Virus genome (UHGV): UHGV-0207004
Origin: a virus
DNA: 16,978 nt
Reading direction: 5' to 3' (one strand)
The notes under the pieces are model-generated. The model saw only the letters and a list, made by a program, of their open reading frames with translations. It was not told the origin of the DNA and did no database searches. Below are positions 1 to 7,650 of this stretch, one piece after another (the stretch's first letter is position 1; each line of letters begins with the position of its first letter). The position numbers and the translations under genes are program-made.

Positions 1-765
1 ATGAGACTGACTAAAGACATTAAAAACCAGATTCTGGCTAACATCCTGCGCGACCACGAAATCGCTACCGAAGCTAAAAAAATCATGATGGACTCTCGCA
101 ACCTGGCGTATGACATTACGTTGCGCTGTATGCCGGTAGGCATTCATTCGTTCGCCGAGCTACGTGCTCACATTGAAGCAATCAACGATGACCCGTCGCA
201 GATGTACGGCGTCTGCGTATACACCAACAAGGCGACATATCGTTTCGACTCTGACAGCCCGTATGGTATCGGCAGCGTTTATGACGCCACTTTCGAAATC
301 AACGCAGGCGGAAACGTTCGCACCTTGTCATTGAGCGGTGACGGACTCCAATACCGGGTACATCGCGGATACTGGGAGTATAAATACATGAATAAGTTGT
401 CTCCCGATCTCAGCGATATCGTACCGGGGTATGAGGAAATTATGTTAGCGTCAGTGTGCGAATTGGACGATGATGGAAAAGCGCTGCCGATATATAAGCC
501 ACGCGGTCGTATAGACTACCCGGCGGACCATGATTTCTGTAAGCGCCCAGACCCAAACACACCCAACCGCCGCGAGTTGCGTGCTAAGTATGATGCGTTC
601 AAACTAACTGTTACCGGCGTGCTGGATATGCACAATACCGATAAGAAGCTGATCAAGGCGTGGCCTGAAGTTGAACAGTTCATTCCTTACCCGGACAAGC
701 CGAAGTCCACGGCGGTGGCGCTGGACGTGAAGACGTTAAACGAAATCTGCGGTATTCCGCGCTAA
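1..765 (+). CDS. hypothetical protein (254 aa), convergent with the packaging operon
   Basis: ATG at position 1 (true start could lie upstream of the window); uninterrupted ORF ending TAA 763-765, followed a few nt later by a terminator hairpin; no motif I can assign. Confidence 0.5.
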   Translation: MRLTKDIKNQILANILRDHEIATEAKKIMMDSRNLAYDITLRCMPVGIHSFAELRAHIEAINDDPSQMYGVCVYTNKATYRFDSDSPYGIGSVYDATFEINAGGNVRTLSLSGDGLQYRVHRGYWEYKYMNKLSPDLSDIVPGYEEIMLASVCELDDDGKALPIYKPRGRIDYPADHDFCKRPDPNTPNRRELRAKYDAFKLTVTGVLDMHNTDKKLIKAWPEVEQFIPYPDKPKSTAVALDVKTLNEICGIPR

Positions 766-771
766 CAAAAA

Positions 772-800
772 GGGGGCCATTACGGCCCCCGAATTATTTT
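772..800. terminator. bidirectional rho-independent terminator shared by the convergent genes
   Basis: GGGGGCC (772-778) / GGCCCCC (784-790) perfect 7-bp stem with 5-nt loop; A-run 766-771 gives a T-run for the minus-strand transcript, and ATTATTTT 793-800 follows on the plus strand. Confidence 0.6.
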
Positions 801-1010
801 CTGCAACTCCAGCACCTGCGCCCTTAGCTTAGCCCCGCATTCCATATTTTTAACATCAACCAGCAAGTCTTCGTCTGGATCCGCCGAGGCATTCTCAAAG
901 GTGCAAGGCGGTCTATAGACCGACTCTGTTGGCGGCGTCGATGGCACGTTGCTTGATCCGCACGCGCTCATCATCAAAACTGCAATTAGTACGGTCAGGA
1001 CGCGTAACAT
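780..1010 (-). CDS. o-spanin-like outer-membrane lipoprotein (76 aa)
   Basis: ATG 1010-1008 with AAGAGG 9 nt upstream; N-terminal hydrophobic signal ending in lipobox-like LMMSAC; short Pro-rich mature region (PSTPPTESVYRPPC); overlaps out of frame with the 3-prime part of the upstream TM/coiled-coil protein, as in Rz/Rz1-type spanin pairs. Confidence 0.5.
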   Translation of the reverse strand: MLRVLTVLIAVLMMSACGSSNVPSTPPTESVYRPPCTFENASADPDEDLLVDVKNMECGAKLRAQVLELQKIIRGP

Positions 1011-1221
1011 ATTTCACAACCTCTTTCGTGATGGTCCGGTATTCCACATCGCGGGCTTGTTCGGCCTGCACTGCCCCCTCGACAACCTTAGTTTGCTGCC
1101 GTTGGGCTTTCGCTTGCGCTTCCTGCGCCGCGCTCGCCACAACGCCAGCGCGGTATGAATCGCCCAGCCAGAAGCCAACCGCCAGGCCGATAACCAATCC
1201 AATCGCTGCATACTTAATCAC
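913..1221 (-). CDS. i-spanin-like (Rz-type) protein, ~102 aa
   Basis: Track ORF starts at TTG 1251 with no RBS; GTG 1221-1219 is preceded by a GGGGG Shine-Dalgarno at 8 nt and is the likelier start. N-terminal TM helix (IKYAAIGLVIGLAVGFWLG) followed by a charged Ala/Gln/Glu-rich helical periplasmic domain; embedded lipoprotein gene in another frame. Confidence 0.45.
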   Translation of the reverse strand: MIKYAAIGLVIGLAVGFWLGDSYRAGVVASAAQEAQAKAQRQQTKVVEGAVQAEQARDVEYRTITKEVVKYVTRPDRTNCSFDDERVRIKQRAIDAANRVGL

Positions 1222-2317
1222 GCCATAACCCCCGGTTTTTAAGCTGTGCAATAGTCATTAGTTCGCCTGTGTCGGTGAACATCTTCGGCACTTTCACGCC
1301 GCGCATAATCTGGTCCGCGCGCTGCACCCCGTATAATTCCTCCAGAATATGGCGCGGCTGGCGCTGCACCCATGAGAAGAAATCAGTCTGCGCGTCGACT
1401 TGCTCACTCAGCAATCGACCCGCGTCAGCCTTCAGTGCCGGACGCTTACCACTGGGCCAATCTTCCATACCTTTGACTTTCCACGTCTCAGTCGAACGGC
1501 AGCAATAATGCAGCTTGCCCGGGCCAGCGCCATACTGCGATCCAGCCACCACTTTTCCGCCGCGCTTCCCTTTGGTGTCGGGAGTGACGTCAACAGGATA
1601 AAACAGGCGATCGCGTAGCTGGCACATAGGGGAGGTATGAGTGTCCAATGTAGCCAACCATTGGCGACCTTCGAGAATATCGTCATTTGCTTTCACCATT
1701 AATTCGCGGGCGGTCGCCGCATAGTGGTTGACTGCGGACTTAACCACGCTTGAGATGGCCTGCGCACTACGACCGCCGAGCGCGCGCCTTACGTCCGCAA
1801 TTATTTCCATAGTCGGCTTGCCCTGGATGAAGCCCGCGCGCACCTGATTGCCGATCTGCGTCCTGGCCCACTCAGAGAGTGAGTCAGGCCACTGCATCAT
1901 CGTATTACCCTGGAACGGGTTTTTCATAGCCGTCGCTGCAATCTGCGCACCGGAAACAACGCCCACTACCTCGACAGCAGGCACGGCGACCGCTGGCTGG
2001 ATCGCTGCCGTTAGGGTATCGACAAGATAATCGGCCTCCGAGTCGGCAAACTCCTGAAGGCTTTCCGCCAGCGCCTTAAACTCGGTGCGCAGTTCCGTCT
2101 TAACGGTCCTGTCGAGTTGCGCCAACAGCGTGGTAAGCGCCTTGTTATTCATGGCCTTTTTGCCATCAAGTAACTCGGTCAGCTTCCCCAGTAAAGTGGG
2201 CCGGAACTTCTCCCACATAGTCAGCACCCTTCGCGCCTGGTCATTGCTCAGGCGCTGGGTGAAAATGTGACGGCGGATCATGCGATCCGCCAGATGTTGA
2301 TTAATCGTTCTCGCCAT
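1214..2317 (-). CDS. head morphogenesis / minor capsid protein, Mu F-like (SPP1 gp7 family)
   Basis: 367 aa; ATG 2317-2315; motif TLDTHTSPMCQLRDRLF resembles the conserved core of the Mu F-like domain; sits directly after the portal gene as in many siphoviruses. Confidence 0.7.
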   Translation of the reverse strand: MARTINQHLADRMIRRHIFTQRLSNDQARRVLTMWEKFRPTLLGKLTELLDGKKAMNNKALTTLLAQLDRTVKTELRTEFKALAESLQEFADSEADYLVDTLTAAIQPAVAVPAVEVVGVVSGAQIAATAMKNPFQGNTMMQWPDSLSEWARTQIGNQVRAGFIQGKPTMEIIADVRRALGGRSAQAISSVVKSAVNHYAATARELMVKANDDILEGRQWLATLDTHTSPMCQLRDRLFYPVDVTPDTKGKRGGKVVAGSQYGAGPGKLHYCCRSTETWKVKGMEDWPSGKRPALKADAGRLLSEQVDAQTDFFSWVQRQPRHILEELYGVQRADQIMRGVKVPKMFTDTGELMTIAQLKNRGLWRD

Positions 2318-3821
2318 TGTCCGCTACCTTGTCCGGGTCTTCTTCGGTAGATTCTACCGCATCCGGGGACATTTGAGGCAATGGATTCTGATTTCGCAAT
2401 TCGTCTTCTACCTGCTCGACAGTTTGCGAGTCATCAATGACGCCCTGCGCCATCATCCACTTGATGAAGTCAGAAAGTCGGACCGTACCAGTCTGCACAC
2501 CCGCCATCATTGCAGTCATAAGCTGCGCATCAACCGAGATTTCAGTGTAGAACTTGTTCAGCGTCACGCGCTGGTCCGCAGTGTCGCCCGTGAATAGCTG
2601 GACGATTTGCAGCGCCCGGTTGAAAGCCTTCTCAACGTTACCGGCAATCAGTGACAGGATACTGTTGTCAGTCTGCGCATCGTAGGCCGCTTCGGTTGCC
2701 GTCTTAGGTGCGGTCCCCTTCTCAACCAGGGCCGCGCCAAGTTTAGCCATTTGCAATTCTCGGCGCTCACACAGTGCGACAGACAAGTTGCGCTCCTCGG
2801 CCTGGAGCAGTTTAGCGTCCATGTTCTGCCCCAGGATCACGCCCTTAGTTGCGCCGAGAGCAATGCCGCCCTTCAGGTTCTTGTCCGCCCATGATTGAGT
2901 CAGGCCCGTAGCAACGAGGGTCGGCTGGCCCACAATGTGCGCAATCTCGGCGACGTCCGCTTCGGCGTTGTAGTGCTTAATGTTGATGGACGCAATATCC
3001 GCCAGCGGCGCGGCGTCAGGCGATGCGTTGTTGTCTACCGCGCCACACCAGCAAAATGGTAGTTGCGTAAGCGCATTACCGGCAGCATCCACCAATGGCA
3101 CAAGGTCGGTGCGGGTGAAGCCGCGCGGCAAGTCCATTTGCACCTCGGACGTGTCCGCGTTGTAAAACCAGCGGCGGGCGTGTGCCTTGCCGTCAATCAT
3201 GCGAAGCTCGGTCCATATGGTTACTTCGTGGTTTGCGAAGTCGTCCGGGTCTTCGGTGCTGATTTCGTCCGTTTCCTTCAGCACGATTAGCGTGTCAACA
3301 CCGTGGGTCTGCCGCCAGTTGATGATCTGTTCTGCCGTATACAGGCGGATAAGCGGACGGTGCGCAGCCATCTCGGCGGCGGTCTGCGGCACTACGTTAC
3401 CCAGTTCATCAAAGTGGGCCTGGCGATCGTAGTCCACCATAAAGCCTGCGCGGCCCGATTGCAGAACTTCCGACATAGCGCCGCGCAGGAGTTGCGGCAA
3501 TGGCATACCGCTGCCGTCTACGTCGTCAATCAGGTCAGCCATCGCCCCGGAAAGGTCCAGACTTACCGGTTTTGCAAAGGCAACGCCCAACAGCGCGTTA
3601 AGTGTGCGGGCGGTGGCGTTCAGGAATACAGCGCGTTGCTTATACGCCTTATACCGCGCCCGTGATTTCGGGTCAGTATTGTCGCCGCTGGCGGGATGTG
3701 GCAGGTACAAAGGGCCGCACGCCTTCACGGCGCGCTCCCCTGCTACACAATCCCGGATCATTTTCCACTCTGGCGCGATGCGCGCATAGAGTGGGTGCTG
3801 GTTGTCAACGTTAACGGTCAT
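2301..3821 (-). CDS. portal protein
   Basis: 506 aa; ATG 3821-3819 with AAGGAA SD; lies between the terminase large subunit and the Mu F-like gene; acidic C-terminal tail; call is based on size and synteny, no diagnostic motif seen. Confidence 0.65.
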   Translation of the reverse strand: MTVNVDNQHPLYARIAPEWKMIRDCVAGERAVKACGPLYLPHPASGDNTDPKSRARYKAYKQRAVFLNATARTLNALLGVAFAKPVSLDLSGAMADLIDDVDGSGMPLPQLLRGAMSEVLQSGRAGFMVDYDRQAHFDELGNVVPQTAAEMAAHRPLIRLYTAEQIINWRQTHGVDTLIVLKETDEISTEDPDDFANHEVTIWTELRMIDGKAHARRWFYNADTSEVQMDLPRGFTRTDLVPLVDAAGNALTQLPFCWCGAVDNNASPDAAPLADIASINIKHYNAEADVAEIAHIVGQPTLVATGLTQSWADKNLKGGIALGATKGVILGQNMDAKLLQAEERNLSVALCERRELQMAKLGAALVEKGTAPKTATEAAYDAQTDNSILSLIAGNVEKAFNRALQIVQLFTGDTADQRVTLNKFYTEISVDAQLMTAMMAGVQTGTVRLSDFIKWMMAQGVIDDSQTVEQVEDELRNQNPLPQMSPDAVESTEEDPDKVADNGEND

Positions 3822-3831
3822 GTTCGTTTCC

Positions 3832-5217
3832 TTAGTAGAAGTCTACAGTTGGAACAACGGCGATTGGACGAATCACTGGGAACAGGTGCGCAATTGGATA
3901 GCCCGCGGCATCGTTCATGTGGTCCACCCCAGCGGTTTTATCCGGCTCGCCTTTCTTCAGGTCGTAAACCTGCTGTTCCAGGCATTTCGCTAGTGTAGGG
4001 CATTTATCCAGGTTGACAAAATACTGGCGCACGCCCTTAGCGTTGCACATCATCGTATTCATCGCGATCAATCTGTCTTTCACCGGTGGGTTGACGCTGT
4101 CGTATTCCACCTCGAAGCCCGCGTCTTCCAGTTGCGCGATATCCGACGACGATGCGTTTACGGTCTTACGAGACTTGCCACTGCTGTCCGGGTAAACGAC
4201 AACACGACCGGCAGCGCAATGATCGGGGTAGCGCTCCTCGATCGCCTCAATCATAGCCGGGGTATCAAACAAGTCCACAAATTCATCCACTGCGTGAATC
4301 TCGTCGCGGAACTCCTTATTCTCGGTAGTGCGCTGCCGTCTGACGTACACAACCGCCGCCATTTTCGTGACGTTAAAGTCCATTCCGATAATCAGCGTGT
4401 CATCCGGCTGCACTTCCTCGGTGCTGGCGTTCTCCTCACGGTTAAACATCTTGTAGACTGCGCCAGACGTGAGGTTTACAAACAAGCCGTTAAGATATGC
4501 GTCAATCAGGTTTGCAGGGTACTGGCTTCGCAGCGTGTCGATAAAGTCTGCCGGTAAGTGGTGGTTGTCGGTGGTCTTCGCCCGGATCAACCGTTTTTGG
4601 TTATCCTTCTCCACTTCGAAAATCTGATACATTGCCCGGAAGCCTTCCGGCGTGGACACGATGACAAACTGGCGCACCAGGCCCGCACGCAGACGACCGA
4701 GCAATTTGTGATACGCCGCCATTGCAACGTCTTGCTTCGTGGTGTCGAACTCATCGGCAACAATCCACGCGGCGTTAACACCGATAAGACGCGTGTAGTT
4801 CTCCATTGACTCGCAGATTACGCGGGTCCATTTGCCTTTCACCAGCACGCTATAGATCTTGTCCTGCTTGTTGAACTTCCACCGGAAGCCTGCCTCGTCG
4901 AAAGCCTTCTCCAGCTCCGGGTACATGATTTTCACCAGGAGTGGGATAGTCGGCTCGGTCACAATGCCGTCATGACCTGGGTTCAGTGTCAGAAGCTGGA
5001 TGACCTTACGCGCCGCGACCCATGACTTGCCGCCGCCGAAGCCGGAACACAGGCCGAGGATTTTGGTCTTTGTGTCGCGCAGTAGTTCTACCTGGTGCGG
5101 AAGGCAATCAGGTTGATACAGGCGGACGGCCTGGGCAACGCGCGTTGGGCGCGGTGGTCGGTTGCGCTTTGCAATCGCGCGTTCAAGTGCGCGGTTTTCT
5201 GCCGCATAGTTACGCAT
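3832..5217 (-). CDS. terminase large subunit
   Basis: 461 aa; ATG 5217-5215 overlapping the TerS stop (TAATG); Walker A-like GLCSGFGGGKS, Walker B-like WIVADEFD, C-terminal nuclease-like region (IIGMDFN...); position upstream of portal. Confidence 0.8.
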   Translation of the reverse strand: MRNYAAENRALERAIAKRNRPPRPTRVAQAVRLYQPDCLPHQVELLRDTKTKILGLCSGFGGGKSWVAARKVIQLLTLNPGHDGIVTEPTIPLLVKIMYPELEKAFDEAGFRWKFNKQDKIYSVLVKGKWTRVICESMENYTRLIGVNAAWIVADEFDTTKQDVAMAAYHKLLGRLRAGLVRQFVIVSTPEGFRAMYQIFEVEKDNQKRLIRAKTTDNHHLPADFIDTLRSQYPANLIDAYLNGLFVNLTSGAVYKMFNREENASTEEVQPDDTLIIGMDFNVTKMAAVVYVRRQRTTENKEFRDEIHAVDEFVDLFDTPAMIEAIEERYPDHCAAGRVVVYPDSSGKSRKTVNASSSDIAQLEDAGFEVEYDSVNPPVKDRLIAMNTMMCNAKGVRQYFVNLDKCPTLAKCLEQQVYDLKKGEPDKTAGVDHMNDAAGYPIAHLFPVIRPIAVVPTVDFY

Positions 5218-5768
5218 TACTCACCCTGGCCTTTGCCGATAGGTTCGACAACAACGTCGCCGTTATCATCTTCGTCATCATCCAGCGGAGCATCGTCGCG
5301 GACGCCGTGATTGGCTTTAAGCAGGAACGCAGCGAAGCCCGCCGCGATGGTGATGCCGCCCGCTTCCATCAGGAAAGTTTTCTGCAGCTCCATTGCGTCA
5401 GCCATCGCCTCGGCGAACTCCTCATGTGCGCGCGCCCAGCGGTACAGGCAGGCAATGCCTACACCAATATCCGCAGCAAAGCGACCGAGAGTCGGCATCT
5501 TATGGCGGGGGATGACTTGCGCAGCGCCCTTGTCGGAGTAGTTGATCTGCCAGGCTACGGCATCGGCAAAATAGCGGCGAAGCTGGTCGCAATACACAGT
5601 GCGGTAGTCGGTCGGGCGTCCACATTTGCCGCCTTTACGACGCTTGCCGTATTCGATCTCAGGTCCAAGATTGGTATGTTCGGTTTGCTCGCCTGGTTTA
5701 CGGCGCGGGGTGACTGCCACTCGACCGTCCAGTTTGGCGCGACGGCCCTTAACTCTGATTTCTGCCAT
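5217..5768 (-). CDS. terminase small subunit (183 aa)
   Basis: Track ORF (start 5867) trimmed to ATG 5768-5766, which has an AAGGG SD; basic N-terminus, HTH-like segment (TLGRFAADIGVGIACLYRWARAHEEF), acidic C-terminal tail; stop overlaps the TerL start. Confidence 0.55.
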   Translation of the reverse strand: MAEIRVKGRRAKLDGRVAVTPRRKPGEQTEHTNLGPEIEYGKRRKGGKCGRPTDYRTVYCDQLRRYFADAVAWQINYSDKGAAQVIPRHKMPTLGRFAADIGVGIACLYRWARAHEEFAEAMADAMELQKTFLMEAGGITIAAGFAAFLLKANHGVRDDAPLDDDEDDNGDVVVEPIGKGQGE

Positions 5769-5838
5769 GATATAAGCCCTTTTATGCATATGCGCCGACC
5801 ATCGGCAACATAGGAGACGGCCCTGCCATCTAAGGTGG

Positions 5839-5867
5839 ATTATAACAGGCACAAAAAAGCCCACCAA
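5839..5867 (-). promoter_or_regulatory. candidate sigma70-type promoter for the packaging operon (extended -10)
   Basis: Minus-strand reading: TTGGTG (5867-5862), 17-bp spacer, TGT-TATAAT (-10 at 5844-5839); overlaps the preceding terminator hairpin. Confidence 0.3.
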
Positions 5868-5878
5868 ATCGGCGGGCT
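5851..5878 (-). terminator. rho-independent terminator ending the phosphoesterase module
   Basis: On the minus strand: AGCCCGCC / GGTGGGCT stem (one G-U pair), 5-nt loop, followed by TTTTTTG (complement of 5851-5857); immediately downstream of the stop at 5886. Confidence 0.5.
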
Positions 5879-5885
5879 GGGAGGC

Positions 5886-6098
5886 TTAAACGGCGCGACC
5901 GTAGTATCGGGTTAACATGCTTTCAACTTCGCTTATGGCACCCTCTGTGTAGCGTATTTGAGATAGTATCTCGATCCGCTCACTGATAGACATGCCTATT
6001 GCCGCTGCCGTTCGTTCGAATCGGCGCAAGCCTTCTAGTTGTTTGCGTAGCTCTTTCAGGCGGGTGGCCTGCGTGCTCATGAATACTTGTCTAATCAT
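5886..6098 (-). CDS. hypothetical 70-aa helical protein, translationally coupled to the phosphoesterase gene
   Basis: ATG 6098-6096 overlaps the upstream TGA (ATGA); predicted helical, charged; followed by a terminator. Confidence 0.5.
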   Translation of the reverse strand: MIRQVFMSTQATRLKELRKQLEGLRRFERTAAAIGMSISERIEILSQIRYTEGAISEVESMLTRYYGRAV

Positions 6099-7237
6099 CT
6101 CAACATCTCCGGGCTAATGGTTAGGCGCGCCACTTCGCCGTAGTTGGCGCTATAGGTGATGACGTTAGCACTGCGTCCGGACATCCAACCGCCGCGGCTT
6201 GCGTATGCGTCTTTCGCGGCGAGCGTCCGGTGCTGCTCAACAATCATGTTACGGGATTCTACAATCTTCTGGTGGTGCAAGTGACCAACATGCGCGTAAC
6301 TGTACTCGCTCTCGCCAAATGCTTTCCTGAACTTAGAAATCATTACCGACTCGATGGCGTCAAAGCGTGCTTTGTGACCGTGGTGGAAAAACAGCGTGGT
6401 CTTACCGTGCTGCACCATCTTGTATACGTCCGGTGACGTGTCAACATCGACGCGCGGCTCGTTCTCGTACAGGGTGTTGAACATCTCCGCCAGCCAAATC
6501 ATACCAGACTCGTCATGATTGCCCTGGACGATTAGCAGTTTTACTTTGTGGTGCTTTCGCAGCGCCAGGTCTACTACGTTGCGCACCATGCGAATCATGT
6601 AGCGGACCAACTTCTGGTATCGGGTATCCGCGTCCAGGATATGACCACTGGCTGGAGTGACTGCGTCAAGGCTGTCAAAGTGCGCCATATCGCCGAGGAT
6701 ATTGATGACGGCAGTTCCTGCGTCTGGTGCGCGGGCGAAGGCTTCGACAAACCAGCGGTAAAACAGATCTTCGGCGATTGCCATATCCCAGTCCTCGCCA
6801 GTCTCCTCGCCCCATGCCAGCATTCCCAAGTGGAAGTCTGACACTGTGTACAGGTTGAGTAGGTCAAGTGCCTGGATCGGGACGGGCGGGGCGCTAACTG
6901 GTGCTGCCGGTGTGATTTCGCTGTTCATACCCTCGACAACAGCGAGCATTGCTTCGAGTTGGCGCTCCTTGTCCTGCTCGGTGATAACCCATGACATGAC
7001 CTCTTCGCCATTGCCACGCACCAGGGCGGATACACGCTTGACGCCGAATCCATCGGCAACGCGCTTACGGATCACAGCATCGTTGCCGTGCCCAATGCCT
7101 TTCTTCGACAGCCTGGCTTTGCGCATATAGACATTTCGAAGAGCAATGCCATATTTCTTCGCAATCTCTTTCGATGTAGTGCCAGCTTGCAATTCAGCGA
7201 TCAATTGCTCGTCGGTGATTTTAGTTTGCGGATGCAT
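6095..7237 (-). CDS. N-terminal HTH domain fused to a calcineurin-like metallophosphoesterase (380 aa)
   Basis: ATG 7237-7235. N-terminal HTH-like segment (TSKEIAKKYGIALRNVYMRKARL). Metallophosphoesterase motif set seen in the translation: SDFHLG (D-x-H), ILGDMAHFD (GD), QGNHDE (GNHD/E), HHGH, GHLHH (GH-x-H). Confidence 0.75.
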   Translation of the reverse strand: MHPQTKITDEQLIAELQAGTTSKEIAKKYGIALRNVYMRKARLSKKGIGHGNDAVIRKRVADGFGVKRVSALVRGNGEEVMSWVITEQDKERQLEAMLAVVEGMNSEITPAAPVSAPPVPIQALDLLNLYTVSDFHLGMLAWGEETGEDWDMAIAEDLFYRWFVEAFARAPDAGTAVINILGDMAHFDSLDAVTPASGHILDADTRYQKLVRYMIRMVRNVVDLALRKHHKVKLLIVQGNHDESGMIWLAEMFNTLYENEPRVDVDTSPDVYKMVQHGKTTLFFHHGHKARFDAIESVMISKFRKAFGESEYSYAHVGHLHHQKIVESRNMIVEQHRTLAAKDAYASRGGWMSGRSANVITYSANYGEVARLTISPEMLR

Positions 7238-7286
7238 ATTAATTTAATTCCTGATTGAGAGGACCTAGGACAATATACCACGGTCG

Positions 7287-7367
7287 CTATAGTAATTCGC
7301 AAATAACCATACCGACGAATGCGGCGGCGGACCAGATCGCTAATACCCAAATATCATTGCGTGCCAT
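7287..7367 (-). CDS. putative 26-aa hydrophobic micro-protein (MARNDIWVLAIWSAAAFVGMVICELL)
   Basis: ATG 7367-7365 preceded by GGAAGGAG at ~9 nt; single predicted TM helix; sits between the TTGGTTGCA promoter region and the phosphoesterase gene; below the ORF-track size cut-off, so hand-translated. Confidence 0.25.
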   Translation of the reverse strand: MARNDIWVLAIWSAAAFVGMVICELL

Positions 7368-7390
7368 AGTGTGTTACTCCTTCCCGTTGA

Positions 7391-7428
7391 TTGGTTGCAG
7401 TATGGCCTCTATGTTGGTTGCAAGTCAA
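7391..7428 (-). promoter_or_regulatory. promoter/operator region with two TTGGTTGCA 9-mers
   Basis: Perfect TTGGTTGCA at 7391-7399 and 7414-7422; on the minus strand TTGACT (-35, complement of 7423-7428) and a weak CATACT -10 at 18-bp spacing; directly after a terminator and before the micro-ORF and phosphoesterase gene. Confidence 0.4.
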
Positions 7429-7430
7429 GC

Positions 7431-7457
7431 AATAAAAAGCCCGGATAATTCCGGGCT
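7431..7457 (-). terminator. rho-independent terminator ending the lysis unit
   Basis: AGCCCGGA (7438-7445) / TCCGGGCT (7450-7457) 8-bp stem, 4-nt loop; on the minus strand followed by TTTTATT (complement of 7431-7437); 7 nt after the stop at 7464. Confidence 0.6.
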
Positions 7458-7463
7458 TCATGT

Positions 7464-7634
7464 TTACGCCTCCGGTTCTGCCGGTGGTTCCGGTGCCGCT
7501 GGTTCTGGCAGCTTCGCATCAAAAACACCAGCATGACTGATAGTGTCGGCGATAATGGCGCGTGCGCCAGGGTCTTCGGTTTTAGCCAGCGCGGCGAGCG
7601 CGTCGGCGTTATGATCAAGAATGCTTTTTAACAT
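7464..7634 (-). CDS. small protein with Pro-Glu-rich C-terminal tail (56 aa)
   Basis: Track ORF trimmed to ATG 7634-7632, preceded by GAGGAG at 7 nt; sequence MLKSILDHNADALAALAKTEDPGARAIIADTISHAGVFDAKLPEPAAPEPPAEPEA; no TM segment or lipobox, so not a spanin. Confidence 0.5.
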   Translation of the reverse strand: MLKSILDHNADALAALAKTEDPGARAIIADTISHAGVFDAKLPEPAAPEPPAEPEA

Positions 7635-7650
7635 ACTGTGTCTCCTCGTA

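Noticed and set aside
5022-5813. 263-aa plus-strand ORF (and 4132-4557, 4558-4809, 3303-3665 and similar)
   Set aside because: Antisense to the terminase and portal genes; no SD; compositionally odd translations; treated as shadow ORFs.
5217-5867. 216-aa version of the TerS ORF and the 171-aa ORF 8129-8644
   Set aside because: N-terminal extensions overlap upstream terminator or coding sequence and lack an SD; internal ATGs (5768 and 8374) have SD and stop/start coupling.
7464-7634. 56-aa gene after the endolysin as the spanin
   Set aside because: No TM helix, no signal peptide or lipobox and no embedded second frame; the only spanin-like pair is at 780-1221.
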